This document shows positions 14,601-25,668 of a DNA stretch of 64,000 bases, piece by piece. A program made the translations under genes and the position numbers. The notes under the pieces were generated by a model, which saw only the letters and a program-made list of their open reading frames with translations, had not been told where the DNA came from and ran no database searches. How positions within the stretch are numbered: the stretch's first letter is position 1; each line of letters opens with the position of its first letter. Source of the stretch: Cercozoa sp. M6MM (lineage: Eukaryota; Protista; Endomyxa: Ascetosporea); the NCBI GenBank assembly GCA_040357565.1, contig JBDODJ010000048.1; one strand, given 5' to 3'.

Positions 14601-17600
14601 TAGCTCGTTACGTACATGCACGCGCACACATTGATATCTATGTAGAGCAGGGTATACGCGAGTGCTCATCTGCTCAAAGCCGGCGTTGAGGGCCAGACGC
14701 AGCGGGATCGGCCGCGTCGACGGCGCGAACACAAACGTGCCCGTGCGAGGGTCGGCACCCAGCCATGTGCCTGAGCGATACTCACCGATTCATGACACCC
14801 ACCCCACAGACAGACAGTCAGACAGGCAGGGAAATAGAGTACCCAGGTCATGTGCATTGGAGACACAGGCGGCAAGACCAACGAGTCGCATGTGCTCGTT
14901 CTCCGCACTCTGCAGACCTCGTGAAAACAATGGTACTTCCCCAACGATAAAAGAAAGACGGTACCTCGGCAATGTAGCGCATGCGCGACACGGCCACCTC
15001 CATTGGCGGACCGTCCTTGCCACCGAGGAGTTCCAAGTCGTCCAGCAGCAGCAAGTGCTGTCACACACACACACACAGTCAGAGATCTCAGTGTGTTTTT
15101 GATTCGAACACACCGCGCGCTGCAGTCTCTCGGCCGACCGGCGGTGCCAGTTGCGCGACAGCAGTTCAAAGTCTACACACAGATACCACACGCGTAAGTG
15201 TGAGTCTAAACCGACCCCGATCTGTTTCGAAGTTAAACTGACCAGCAGCGGCGGCAACAATGATACGGCACGCGTTGAGTGTGCGCACGTCTTCCGCGCG
15301 GTCGGCGCCACTGTACAAACGCGCGGACGTACATGCATGGACAAAAAAATAGCAGAGAAAAGCTTACGCCAACAGGCCAACCGAGATGCCCAGTGTCTGC
15401 TGGAACTTGAGCTTCCAATCCACGAAGCGCATCTGCGCCAAGTCACGACGAGATGTCAGGTAGACCACGAAGGCGCCGTCCTCATCCTCATCTGTACACA
15501 GAGTGGCATCCGTAAAAACGTACAACAAGGTAACCAAGCACAGACACATGCAGTGTACCGTCAGAGTGACCAGTGCCGAAACGCTCCAGCGCACGGAAGA
15601 TGGCCAACTCGGCCAGCAACGTCTTGCCTAAAGACAACAAGTCAAAAAAACCAAGAAACACAGGGACATAGATGACGATACCCGAGTTGTTAGGCGCCGC
15701 AATCAGCACGTTCTCGTCCGTGTGGCACAGAGCCTTGCGGCACTACACACACACAGACATATGAAAGGCCCAAACAGCACACTGGCACATCCATCCGTGC
15801 TTGGACAAGAGGACCTGTGTTTGCAGGGCGTTCAGTCGGCGCACGCCGCACTGCGCGTAGCGAGTCTGCAGCTCGGCCGGCATTACCTGTAGCACACATA
15901 GACATAGACACATAGACACACAGACACACACACGCACACATCGAACGTGTTTTCCCCAACACACACAAAGGTGACCACGTAGACGGTACCTGCTCGGCGC
16001 TGGGGCCAGAGAGCGACACCGGGCGAATGTCGACCAGCTGCGTCGGGGCCGGGTCCTTGTCCGGCTACAAACCAGCACCGACACATTACATAGGCACACA
16101 TTGCATAGAAACAGACGTACCAGCAGCATGTGACGGAAGCTGACAGCAACGACGGTTTCAACACCGAGCCATCGATCCGAACGCAGTCGCACAAAGTACT
16201 GCGGCGGCATCGGCGACTACACACAGACACGATAGACATTAACGCTTTCCGGATGAACACACATGGGATAGGGTACCACGATGGGCACGCAGAACACAAT
16301 GTCGTCGCGTGTCGGTCGGCGCTGCGACAGCAGGCAAGTCTGGCGGTACAGCAGCGTCGCGCCATCACCGTCCTACCGAATGTCCAAGTGTGCACATATA
16401 CACAGCTATACCAGACAAGAGGATGGAGTTACCTCGACCCACAAGTGGAAGGACTCGACGCAGTTCTTGCCGTGCACAGCCGGGTGCCACTGGAAGTCGG
16501 CCTGCCCAAAGTGATTGTCACACATGTGTCCACTCTTAGTATACTTGGAAACACACCTGCAGAGTCACGTGGACGCGCAGCAGCGATCGCGTGATCGGTT
16601 CGACCTTGGCATCGACACGCACGTTAGGCACGAGGTGCACGGCACGGTGGATGTCCTTGGCCAGTCTATAGACGCATACACACGCGTACAAGTGTACACC
16701 ATCCAAAGATATCTTTACGGAAGCAAAGAACCTGGGGAATTGCAGCAACTCGCCGAGTGCAGCCGGCGTGAGCTCCAGCAAACGCTGCACAGAGACACGG
16801 CGTTGGACTGCAACCCAATTCACACGCACACTGAACAAAAGCAGAGCGTACACGCCAGTCAAAGTCGAGTTTCTCGAGTCGTCGCACCACATCATCCGGC
16901 TGCACACGTCGTGAAACATAGCATATGAATGAACAATCCAGAGGTCGACACACAAGACGGAACGTACAAGCAGGTTGGGCGCATCGACATCATCAGCCAC
17001 GGCAGCCGCGCGGATGGAGCGCAGCACCTGACGCAGCGGCGACTCGCAAGCCCACTGACGGTGCTCGACACTCAGCGCAGCGTCCAGTGCGACTACACAC
17101 GTGTGTTATGTACAGTGTCATACATGCGAGGAAGACACACACAAGGCGAAAGGGAGTACCACGCGCGGCCTGCGCCCAGCGACGCTCGAGCGCGACGGCG
17201 AGCATGGCACGCATCAGTCGGGCCGCACTCTGTGTCGATGACAACATAAGATACAGAGAAGAGACGAACACAAGGGAGGGACAAACGCACCTGCGTGACG
17301 TACGTCATGTCCGACGACAGGGCGTAGTTGTCGAGTCGCAGACGAGCCACGTACGACTGCAGCAGCACGTTCACCTTGGCCTGCGCAAGTGCCAACATAC
17401 ACACACACACACACACACACGCACACACACACACACACACACAAATTGACATGACGGAATGGGGATAGGCTACCTGCGCCGACTGGGCATCGCGCAGCAG
17501 TGGGATCGGCACCTTGTCGGCCAGCTGCGCCAGCTCGAGACGCTCCTCCTCGCGCACACTCATGTGACGGAACTCCTCGGCCAGCGTGAACACGTCCCAC

Positions 17601-18891
17601 ATCTCCAAGTCGTGCATGTGCGGCTTCAGGTGCTCGCGGAACGTCTTCAGCGTGCCGTAGGTCAGGTAGAAGTTGGCAGCCACACTGCAGACACAGACAT
17701 ACAATGTGGTGGCAGTGCAGTGTGTTCACAATGGTCACACGTACCGACCAAGCGACGTCGGCACCAGGCGGCGCGTCTGCTTGTCGTAGCGAATCAGACC
17801 GGCGCGGTGCAGTTCCTGCCATATAGTAAGCATCATGTACACTTACACTAGCCCACGCGAATGAGAGGTCGCAGCTACCACAGCAGCAGTGTGGACGAGA
17901 TCGGCGCGGAACGACTTGAGCTCGGCGTCCTCGGCATCAGCAACGCCTGTGCATATGCACCCCAGTATGCACTCCAGTGAGCCAAACAAAAGAAAAGCTA
18001 CCGTAGAGCGACGGGTTCTGCAGCATGCGCACGAACAGGTACGTGTACGACAGCCAGTTGACGGCCTATCAGACACAACACACACACACAATTGGAGGTA
18101 CAGACGACAAGTGGGGGTAAGACAAAATACCTCGTCGACGTTGCGCACGAAACCGGCCACGATCTCGGCGTTGAGGAGGTCGCAGAGACGCGAGACGAGT
18201 TGCGACTCTGCACGTGTACCCAGTCAGATGGTATGGAACCAGTGACAAGCAATGGTACCAACAGGCAGCTGTTCGTTGATGAGCGACATGTAGTAGCGCA
18301 GTTCACTGTACAAAAACACACACATATAAGCACACTTAGTCATCCACAAGCATGTCCAGGCAGGAGAGGCAGCAAGCTACCGATGCGTGGTGATGATGGT
18401 GCCGTCACCCTGCTGATCGAGGCCGGGACGACCTGCACGGAATGGCACACCCCAAGTTAATTAGCACAACATAAGGGCGACACAGCACAGCCATGGTGTA
18501 CCAGCACGACCGAGCATCTGCAGCACGTCGAGCATGGAGAGCTCGACCCAGTCGCCCTTCTCCGGGTTGTAGACCTTGGTGCCCTTGATGATGACAGCGT
18601 GCGCCGGCAGGTTGACACCCCATGCCAGCGTGGCCGTCGACACCAGCACCTGTACAGGCACACGTGAGTAGGTACAGATGTCACTAGGTTCGGAAGGCAC
18701 AATTAAGGGGGCACACCTTGGCATGACGGTACAGGAAGAGATCTTCCACGAGACCACGGTCGTCCTTGGTCATACCGGCGTGGTGGATGGCGACACCGCT
18801 GGAGAGGATCTCCTTCAAGTGCTTGCTGTGGCACTCCTCCACTGTCTCGCGAAGGATCTCGCTCTAACAACACACACATACACTCACTCAA

Positions 18892-18950
<59 letters not shown>

Positions 18951-21900
18951 ACACACACACACCCCCCAATCGGGGGGGGGGGGGTACAGTGTCACTGTCG
19001 GGCGGCACGAGACGGGTATAGGTGCCGTCCTCACGCGCGCGTTCAACGATCATCTTGGCCACGTTGAACGTGTCCTATGCACGAGCGTACACGTACCACA
19101 CACCACAAGGAACAAAGAGAAAGCGGAGGCAGGCACCTTGCGCGAGTGCACGAACACGAGCACCTGCTGACCGTTCTCGGCGTTCTGCTTGACCAGGTCG
19201 TAGCAGCTGCACAGATATGCAAATAGGCATGCCCAACAGATTGCTTCGGCAAGGCGAAAGGTACACGTCGTTCATCATCTGGAACTGCTTGTAGGGTCGC
19301 TTGAGCGTCACACCCTACCATACAGACACATAAGACAGCAAACAGGCAGGTGTGAGCCACATGAATGCAGTTACCACAAAACGCTGCGTGAGCGGCACGG
19401 GACGGTACTCACTGCCAAAGTGGTGCAGGCCCGTGTCCAAGTCCACCTGCACGAACCGAATATCGACGGCCACAACAGCTGTGCCAAGAAAGGGGAGCGT
19501 ACACGGAGGAAGACAGCGACGTCGCGGTAGTTCGGCAGCGTGGCCGACAGACCGACGATACGGGTCAAGTCGCCTGTTCGTACAGCACACACACATACAG
19601 GCAGACATATAGGTGGTGGTAGAATGTGACCGAATTACCAGTGTCCTCGGAGTGACGCAGCGAGCGCGCAACGATGGCCTCCAGCACGGGACCACGCTCG
19701 TCGTGCAGCAGGTGGATCTCATCGATGATCAGCAGTGTCACACGCGACAGCAGCGTGCTGCGTGCACCTGCACACACGAACACAATACACAAACACATGC
19801 ACACCCTTAACCCTCTGCGCAACATCGAAAAGACACGCGTACCGAGACCGTCCTTGCGAGTGACGACGTCGAACTTTTCCGGAGTCGTCACGATCACGCT
19901 CGACTCGTCGATCTGTTGTCTGTTGACGAGAAACAGTAGCGGGGAAACGAGTGGACAAACAGCATAACAAGGGGTACCTGGTGAGTTGCTGGTCACCCGA
20001 CAACTCGCGCACCTTCATGCCGTAGCACGCCAGTCGCTCGCGGAACTTGAGCGTGATCTCACGCACCAGCGACTGCACACAGCGCGGACATCATCCTCAA
20101 ATACAGAGCAACGCAGGAAGGAAACAGCAAGGATACCTTCATGGGTGCCACGTAGACTACCTTGAAAGCTTGCAAGAAGTCGTCCTGTTACACATAACAA
20201 CAATATCAGCACACCAGGCCCAGGCAAGGTGAGTGTTTCGGTTAGAGTACGCGGTTGCGATGGCGGCCGACCTCGCGCAGCATCGAGAGTAGGGCGACGT
20301 TCGTCTTACCGGCACCTGCACCACAGGGAATTTACAAACCACCTCTGTTCATACTGCAGTGGAGATACCGGTGGGAGCACACACGAGCATATTCTCGGCC
20401 GAGTTGAGAGCCGTGCCGAACACCTGTCACAAAAACAAAAGATACACCACCATCAGACAACAAACACACTCGGAAAGGAGATGCACCTGACTCTGCATGG
20501 CGTTCAGAGCAGCCGAGTCGCCGAACTTCTCCGTCAGGTCTGAGAAGGCTGGTTGCGCCTGTCCAGGGTGGTAGGGGGGGGTAAAAGTGAAAGGAAATTA
20601 ATAAGGAGCACCGCGACGTACCCACTTCGGCAGCGACGAGATCTTGACAAGCTCCGACGCGTCGACGCGCTTGGTCTGCGAGCGCGGTACCTGGTACTCG
20701 ATCCAGCCCTTGTGCGGCAGCTTGACCGTGCCCTCGGGCAGCGTGAAGTCGCCGGCATTGGTCTGCGTGTGGCCGCCCTCGCCAAACTTGAGTGCCTCCA
20801 GGTTGAGCATCTGCACCCCGCGTGCCATCCAGATTACAGCGGAGAGTTTCGACAAGGACACCAGGAACGTACCTGAGCAGGCCGCGTCTTCATCCACTCG
20901 GGGCCCTCCGTGGTGACCTCCTGTGCCACGGCCACGTCCTCGCTCTCCTCCAGCGTGGTCTCGCGCTGCTGCACGCGCTCCTGCAGCTGCTTGGCGTCCT
21001 TGCTGAGCTTGTCCTCCATGGCACCGACGGCGGTGCTGCCCATGCTGGCAGTGCGCAGTGTGGCCAGCAACTTGGCCAGCGTTGGGTCGTTCATCATCTG
21101 ACCCTACGTGGATGGACATGAGATAGAACAGACCAACAGACAACAGACAGAACAGTAACAGACAGAACAGTAATGCTGTACCTCAAGCAAAGCACGCTGC
21201 TCGCGGTCACCCTCGGCACGCGCCAGTTTCATCGCCCACAGCACCTGAATGCATATTTGCATATTGAATGAAAAGGCACACGATTGGAAGAAGAAAGTGC
21301 GCTCTACCTCGCGGGCGTTGTCAACCAGCACCTGGAGGAACTCGGCCTCGCCTGCAGCAGGTCACATGATCACAAAATCTCACACAGTACAGCAAAAAAA
21401 CAGTCGAAAGCAAGGCTACCAGACGGCAACAAGGCGAACAGCTCGTTCTCGAGGCCGCGCTCATCGTCGAGGTTCTCCTCAATGATCGTGAACGCCTCGT
21501 CGGCCAGTTTCTGTGCCTCGGCCGGGTCCTGCAAACAGTACAAACATCGGAAAACAAAAAAGGCATTGCGACAAATCGCTGGAAAATCGGGCAAAAAGGT
21601 GATGGCCCTCGGATTAGCATGATCGCTTATATCAGCACGGTTTGGTTGATAACACCTCAGAAACACAGGTGTCGAATGTTGTCGTCATAGAGTCAACCCA
21701 AAAATGGGAACACAATTTTTATCTCGTGAAATCTCATCATCCAAATTCATACACGTCATGGGTCAAACAAAATTTTGAAAACCCAAACCAAGCAATAACT
21801 GGCTGTCAGGCAAGAGAGCGAAAAATGACACAACACAGGGCAAATCCTCAGGGAAACCGAGTTTGAGCAAGAACTCGAAAAAGAAAGGAAACATACGTCG

Positions 21901-23276
21901 ATTTCGCAGTAGTGGGTAATCTGTCGCTGGAGCCAGTGCGCGCCAACCTCGCGAACGTCAAAGTGACCGCTGCCGGTCGTTGGACTGGCCAGAGCATCCT
22001 TGGAAGCCTGCGGAAAGATACAGTAAAACAGTCTGTCTCAGGCAAAGGTGGCAATAGACGCACCTGGATCAGCATCTGTCGACGTTCCGTCTCATCTACG
22101 TTCAACATACGTAAGAATCAAAGACCAAATGTACAAAAACAGGGGGAGGGTACCGACTTCAAGCTCTTCCTCCTCACCGACGTGCTCATCATCAGACATG
22201 GCCTGCAAATACATACGTACATGTTAACGCGACAGGGGCAAGCGCACTCATCACGGGGGGGGGGGGGGACCTTATCCTGCAGGATGAATTCGTGGCCGTC
22301 ACGCAGTGTGCGAAGTCGCTCGTCACCCTCAGTAACGTCCTGCAGATGGTACACAAGATACACAGATTCTGGCGCCGACATGGGGACAAAAAAAAAGTCT
22401 CCACAATACCTCTTGGTCGTCAAGCTGGAGCGGAATGATCTTTTCGCCCATTTCTTCCTTCATCTCACCCTCTGCACACACACACACATGCGGTACATTA
22501 ACAGCAACACTGCTTGCACTCAACACCAAAAGCGTACCAGTGATTTGTGCGGCCGTGGTGGCGGCCGACTGGAAATCCCGAATCTTGCGCAGCATGTTCT
22601 GCAGACGCGAGTACTCGTCGCTACAGTCGATACACACACACGAACTTTCGAAAACGCAAGGACACACTAGGCGAGAGGTACCTCTGCAGCTTGCTGCGCT
22701 TGCCAAACAAAAGCTCGTCCACAAGATTCTTCTTGTCGGCAGGCGAGAACCCTACCATGTCAACAAGAATATCAATCGAAAGACAAACAGGTACAACGAC
22801 GAGCAAAGTGTACCAGACTCCTCGTCCTTCATGATGTGCAGAACTTCGTCAGCAGCCGAGGCGAGGTCATCGTGCGACTACAGAGACGCACAGATACATC
22901 AGAAACATCAAGTATTCAGGTACAGGCACAACAGCGTACCGTAAGCTTTGTGTGCTGTGACAGGAAACTGAGCAGCAAACCCCAGGCTTGTCTTGCCTCC
23001 TACGTACACAAACACAGCGTAACGCCACGTATTACACAACAGTGCCTATGAACAAGTAAACCTCATTGGTTGGCACATAGTAGTCCTGGAACTCTGCCGA
23101 AGCCACTGATACGACACCTCGCACCGCCGCCTACGCGCACAAGGACACAACTCAAGTTTATCAAGATTAGACAAGTGACAAAGCGAACCTGTTGTGAAGC
23201 ACGTGAAGCAGCAGCCGCGGCCTGCTCGCGCGCATCGTCACCACGCTCCTTGCGGTCGCGCTTCATCTGCGAGACA

Positions 23277-23322
<46 letters not shown>

Positions 23323-23422
23323 NNNNNNNNNNNNNNNNNNNNNNNNNNNNNNNNNNNNNNNNNNNNNNNNNNNNNNNNNNNNNNNNNNNNNNNNNNNNNN
23401 NNNNNNNNNNNNNNNNNNNNNN

Positions 23423-23466
<44 letters not shown>

Positions 23467-23843
23467 CTTCTGAGAAAGGTGTGTATTATACCTTGGCCAC
23501 GAGGTCGGAAGGTTGCGTAAAGGCGGCACGCGAACCCATCGACTACATGGAGACTCATAACGACACAGACATACAGCCACTAAAAAAGGAAAAGGTTACC
23601 TTGCGCAGGTCGTTTACACTGCGATGAGACAGTGTCTCGGCCACGCCGGTGGGCACATCGGTAAGCCGACGGCCCGTGTAGCGCTGCAACACAAGGTTTG
23701 CATTGGCCGAGTAACTGAATTGATTCTTCTCGACTACAAATTACACGATAAATCAAACAAAAACAAAACCCTGGAAAAAAACTATAGGCCTGGGATGTGC
23801 GCCACACAGCGAGCAGAGAGAACTCACGAAGTTTTTCAGCCAT
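10610..23843 (-). CDS. SNRNP200: U5 snRNP 200 kDa RNA helicase Brr2, about 85 GT-AG introns
   Basis: N-terminus [22 protein letters not shown]; PWI-like [10 protein letters not shown]; cassette 1 [63 protein letters not shown]; degenerate cassette 2 (APNNSGKT, LDDLELL); C-terminal Sec63 region [16 protein letters not shown] (stop 10610-10612). Confidence 0.96.
11638..11697. repeat. (TG)n microsatellite in Brr2 intron
   Basis: Directly visible. Confidence 0.95.
18892..18985. repeat. (CA)n microsatellite followed by C6 and G13 runs, Brr2 intron
   Basis: Directly visible. Confidence 0.95.
21601..21696 (-). ncRNA. Candidate intronic box C/D snoRNA with antisense to U6 snRNA
   Basis: In the 368-nt Brr2 intron 21529-21896: box C-like ATGACGA (21688-21682), internal CTGA (21660-21657, 21635-21632), D-like CCGA (21612-21609), imperfect terminal stem GTTGACTC/GGGCCATC, and CATGCTAATC (21621-21612) complementary to conserved U6 GAUUAGCAUG. 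Confidence 0.5.
23281..23463. repeat. (TG)n microsatellite spanning a 100-N assembly gap
   Basis: Directly visible. Confidence 0.95.
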
Positions 23844-24184
23844 CTGACACGAGTGGCGTTAACGAGTCAACACACTTGGCACTCTTGGGGTCGACGGAAG
23901 CAACCAAGAAATTGATTCTTCTTCTGTGACCGTCTTAGAGTCTCCGCGTGAACGATATCGTGTCAGCACCCCGCACAGCGCAATGTTGACCCTGTGAAGA
24001 AGTGGCCTGGTGTATTAAATGGCTACAATGATGTACAAATTTTGGACAACAACAGTCGTTTTTTGGACGGCGTTTTTAAATAATTACAAGCACGCACCAG
24101 CGCGCCACCGACGAGTTCAAGCTGGTGCTTTGATTGCGACTCGACAGTCAGCAGCACTGCAGCTTGCAACCAGCTCAAACAAAA

Positions 24185-25435
24185 ATGTTGTGGCTGTTTG
24201 CACTTTTTGTGGTATCTTCACTGACGTTTCATCCCATTTGGCGTGTTAATTGTATTTTTGACGTGGTCTCTCTGTTATCAGGCATGCGTCGTGGCCTTGC
24301 CTCCTTCCGATCACGACCTCACCTTCCAGGTAAGCCTGTTCTGTGTGGTGTCAAGCGAATTCATGTTTTCATTCTCGTTAGGTGGAGCCGCGCATGGAGG
24401 AGTGTTTCTACCAGGAGTTGCAGATTTCGCAAGAGTTCCCCTTCCAGTTCGAGGTACCTACACGAGTGTCTGAATGTGTTTCCCTTACCTGTGAACACTG
24501 TGCTTTCTGGCTCCAGGTGATTCGAGGAGGCCTGCAGGACATTGAGCTGCGTGTGGTGGACCCGACCGGTGTCGTGCTGATGCAAAAGATGGCATTCTTT
24601 AACAACCCCGACGATGTAGTTTTCCTTCTAGTATCCGAAGTTGTGAGTAGTTCGTTCTTGTATGTTTCTTTCGTAGAGAATCAACGAGCAGACGGGCCGC
24701 ATTTCGTTCAGTGCCCGTACTCCGGGCGTGCATGCCATGTACCTTGCTTGTTGCTGTTGCATCTGCCCGTTGTGTTACCTGCAGCTTTTGTGCAGCTGCT
24801 TCAACAACAAGATGAGTCGCTGGACGGCCAAGGTCATTGGTTTCCACCAGGTACAGCTGACTCTCGGTATCTTATTGTTCGCCCTGTACCCTACTCCCTT
24901 GTGGACAGTTGGGCGCCAAGCAGCAGCGACGTGAGGAACTGGCCAAGCTTGAGCACCTTGTACTCTGAGTTGCAACCCGCATTCTTTCCTGCTGCACCAA
25001 AGTTGACGGTATCACAGGGACCTGTGGTGGACTCGGTCATCAAGATCTCCGACAAGCTCGACGAGATCGAGCACGTACACTCACCTTAGGCATTAGGTAT
25101 CGATGGATGTGCTGTGTGTGTAGGCTCAAAAGAGCATGCGCAACCGCGAGCACGTGCACCGTGTACGCTGTCTTTTATAGTAAATCACGTGCGCTATGCG
25201 AGTTGAGTTGCTTTCTGCTGTGTGCAGGACACGCAGGAGAGCACCAACTGGCGCGTCCAGTGGCTCTCGGTGCTCGAAATGATCGTGCTTGTCGGCCTCA
25301 ACCTCATGCAGATTTACTGGGTACTTGGAGTAGCCTTGTGTCAGCACCTTAATGTGGGCTATGCGAGGTCATGTGGACTGTCTTTTGTAGATCCGCAAGT
25401 GGTTCAGCGGCCAGGGCCAGCGTCGACGCGTCTGA
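24185..25435 (+). CDS. p24/emp24 (TMED) GOLD-domain cargo receptor, multi-exon
   Basis: Signal MLWLFALFV; LTFQVEPRMEECFYQ, FEVIRGGLQDI, ICFNNKMSRWTAKVIGF, MRNREHVHRDTQESTNWRVQWLSVLE, QIYWIRKWFSGQGQRRRV*. Confidence 0.92.
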
Positions 25436-25668
25436 GCACAAGCAAACAACTAAGTAGGCGGCACTGATTTTCGGTTTTGCTTAGCAATGACAATGATACA
25501 ACGCGGCCATTCTTTATCGGCGCTGTACGTTAGAAGCTGATTCAGTTAATGTTTTATTTAATGAATCCTTTTTAATGAAAAACCGGCACTCCGCGAGCAC
25601 AATAATTGACCGCCCGTGGTGTTGTTGGGCGAGTTCTGTCTGTGCCTGTTATCCCAGAAGACGCTGCC

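Noticed and set aside
21601-21660. U4 snRNA gene
   Set aside because: The two U6-antisense blocks are in the opposite order to U4 stems II and I, and no U4 5' end or clear Sm site was found
10709-23827. Widespread non-canonical introns or introner elements
   Set aside because: All traced Brr2, ACSL, ACADSB, p24 and aldolase introns are GT-AG; no shared internal sequence or terminal inverted repeats were seen
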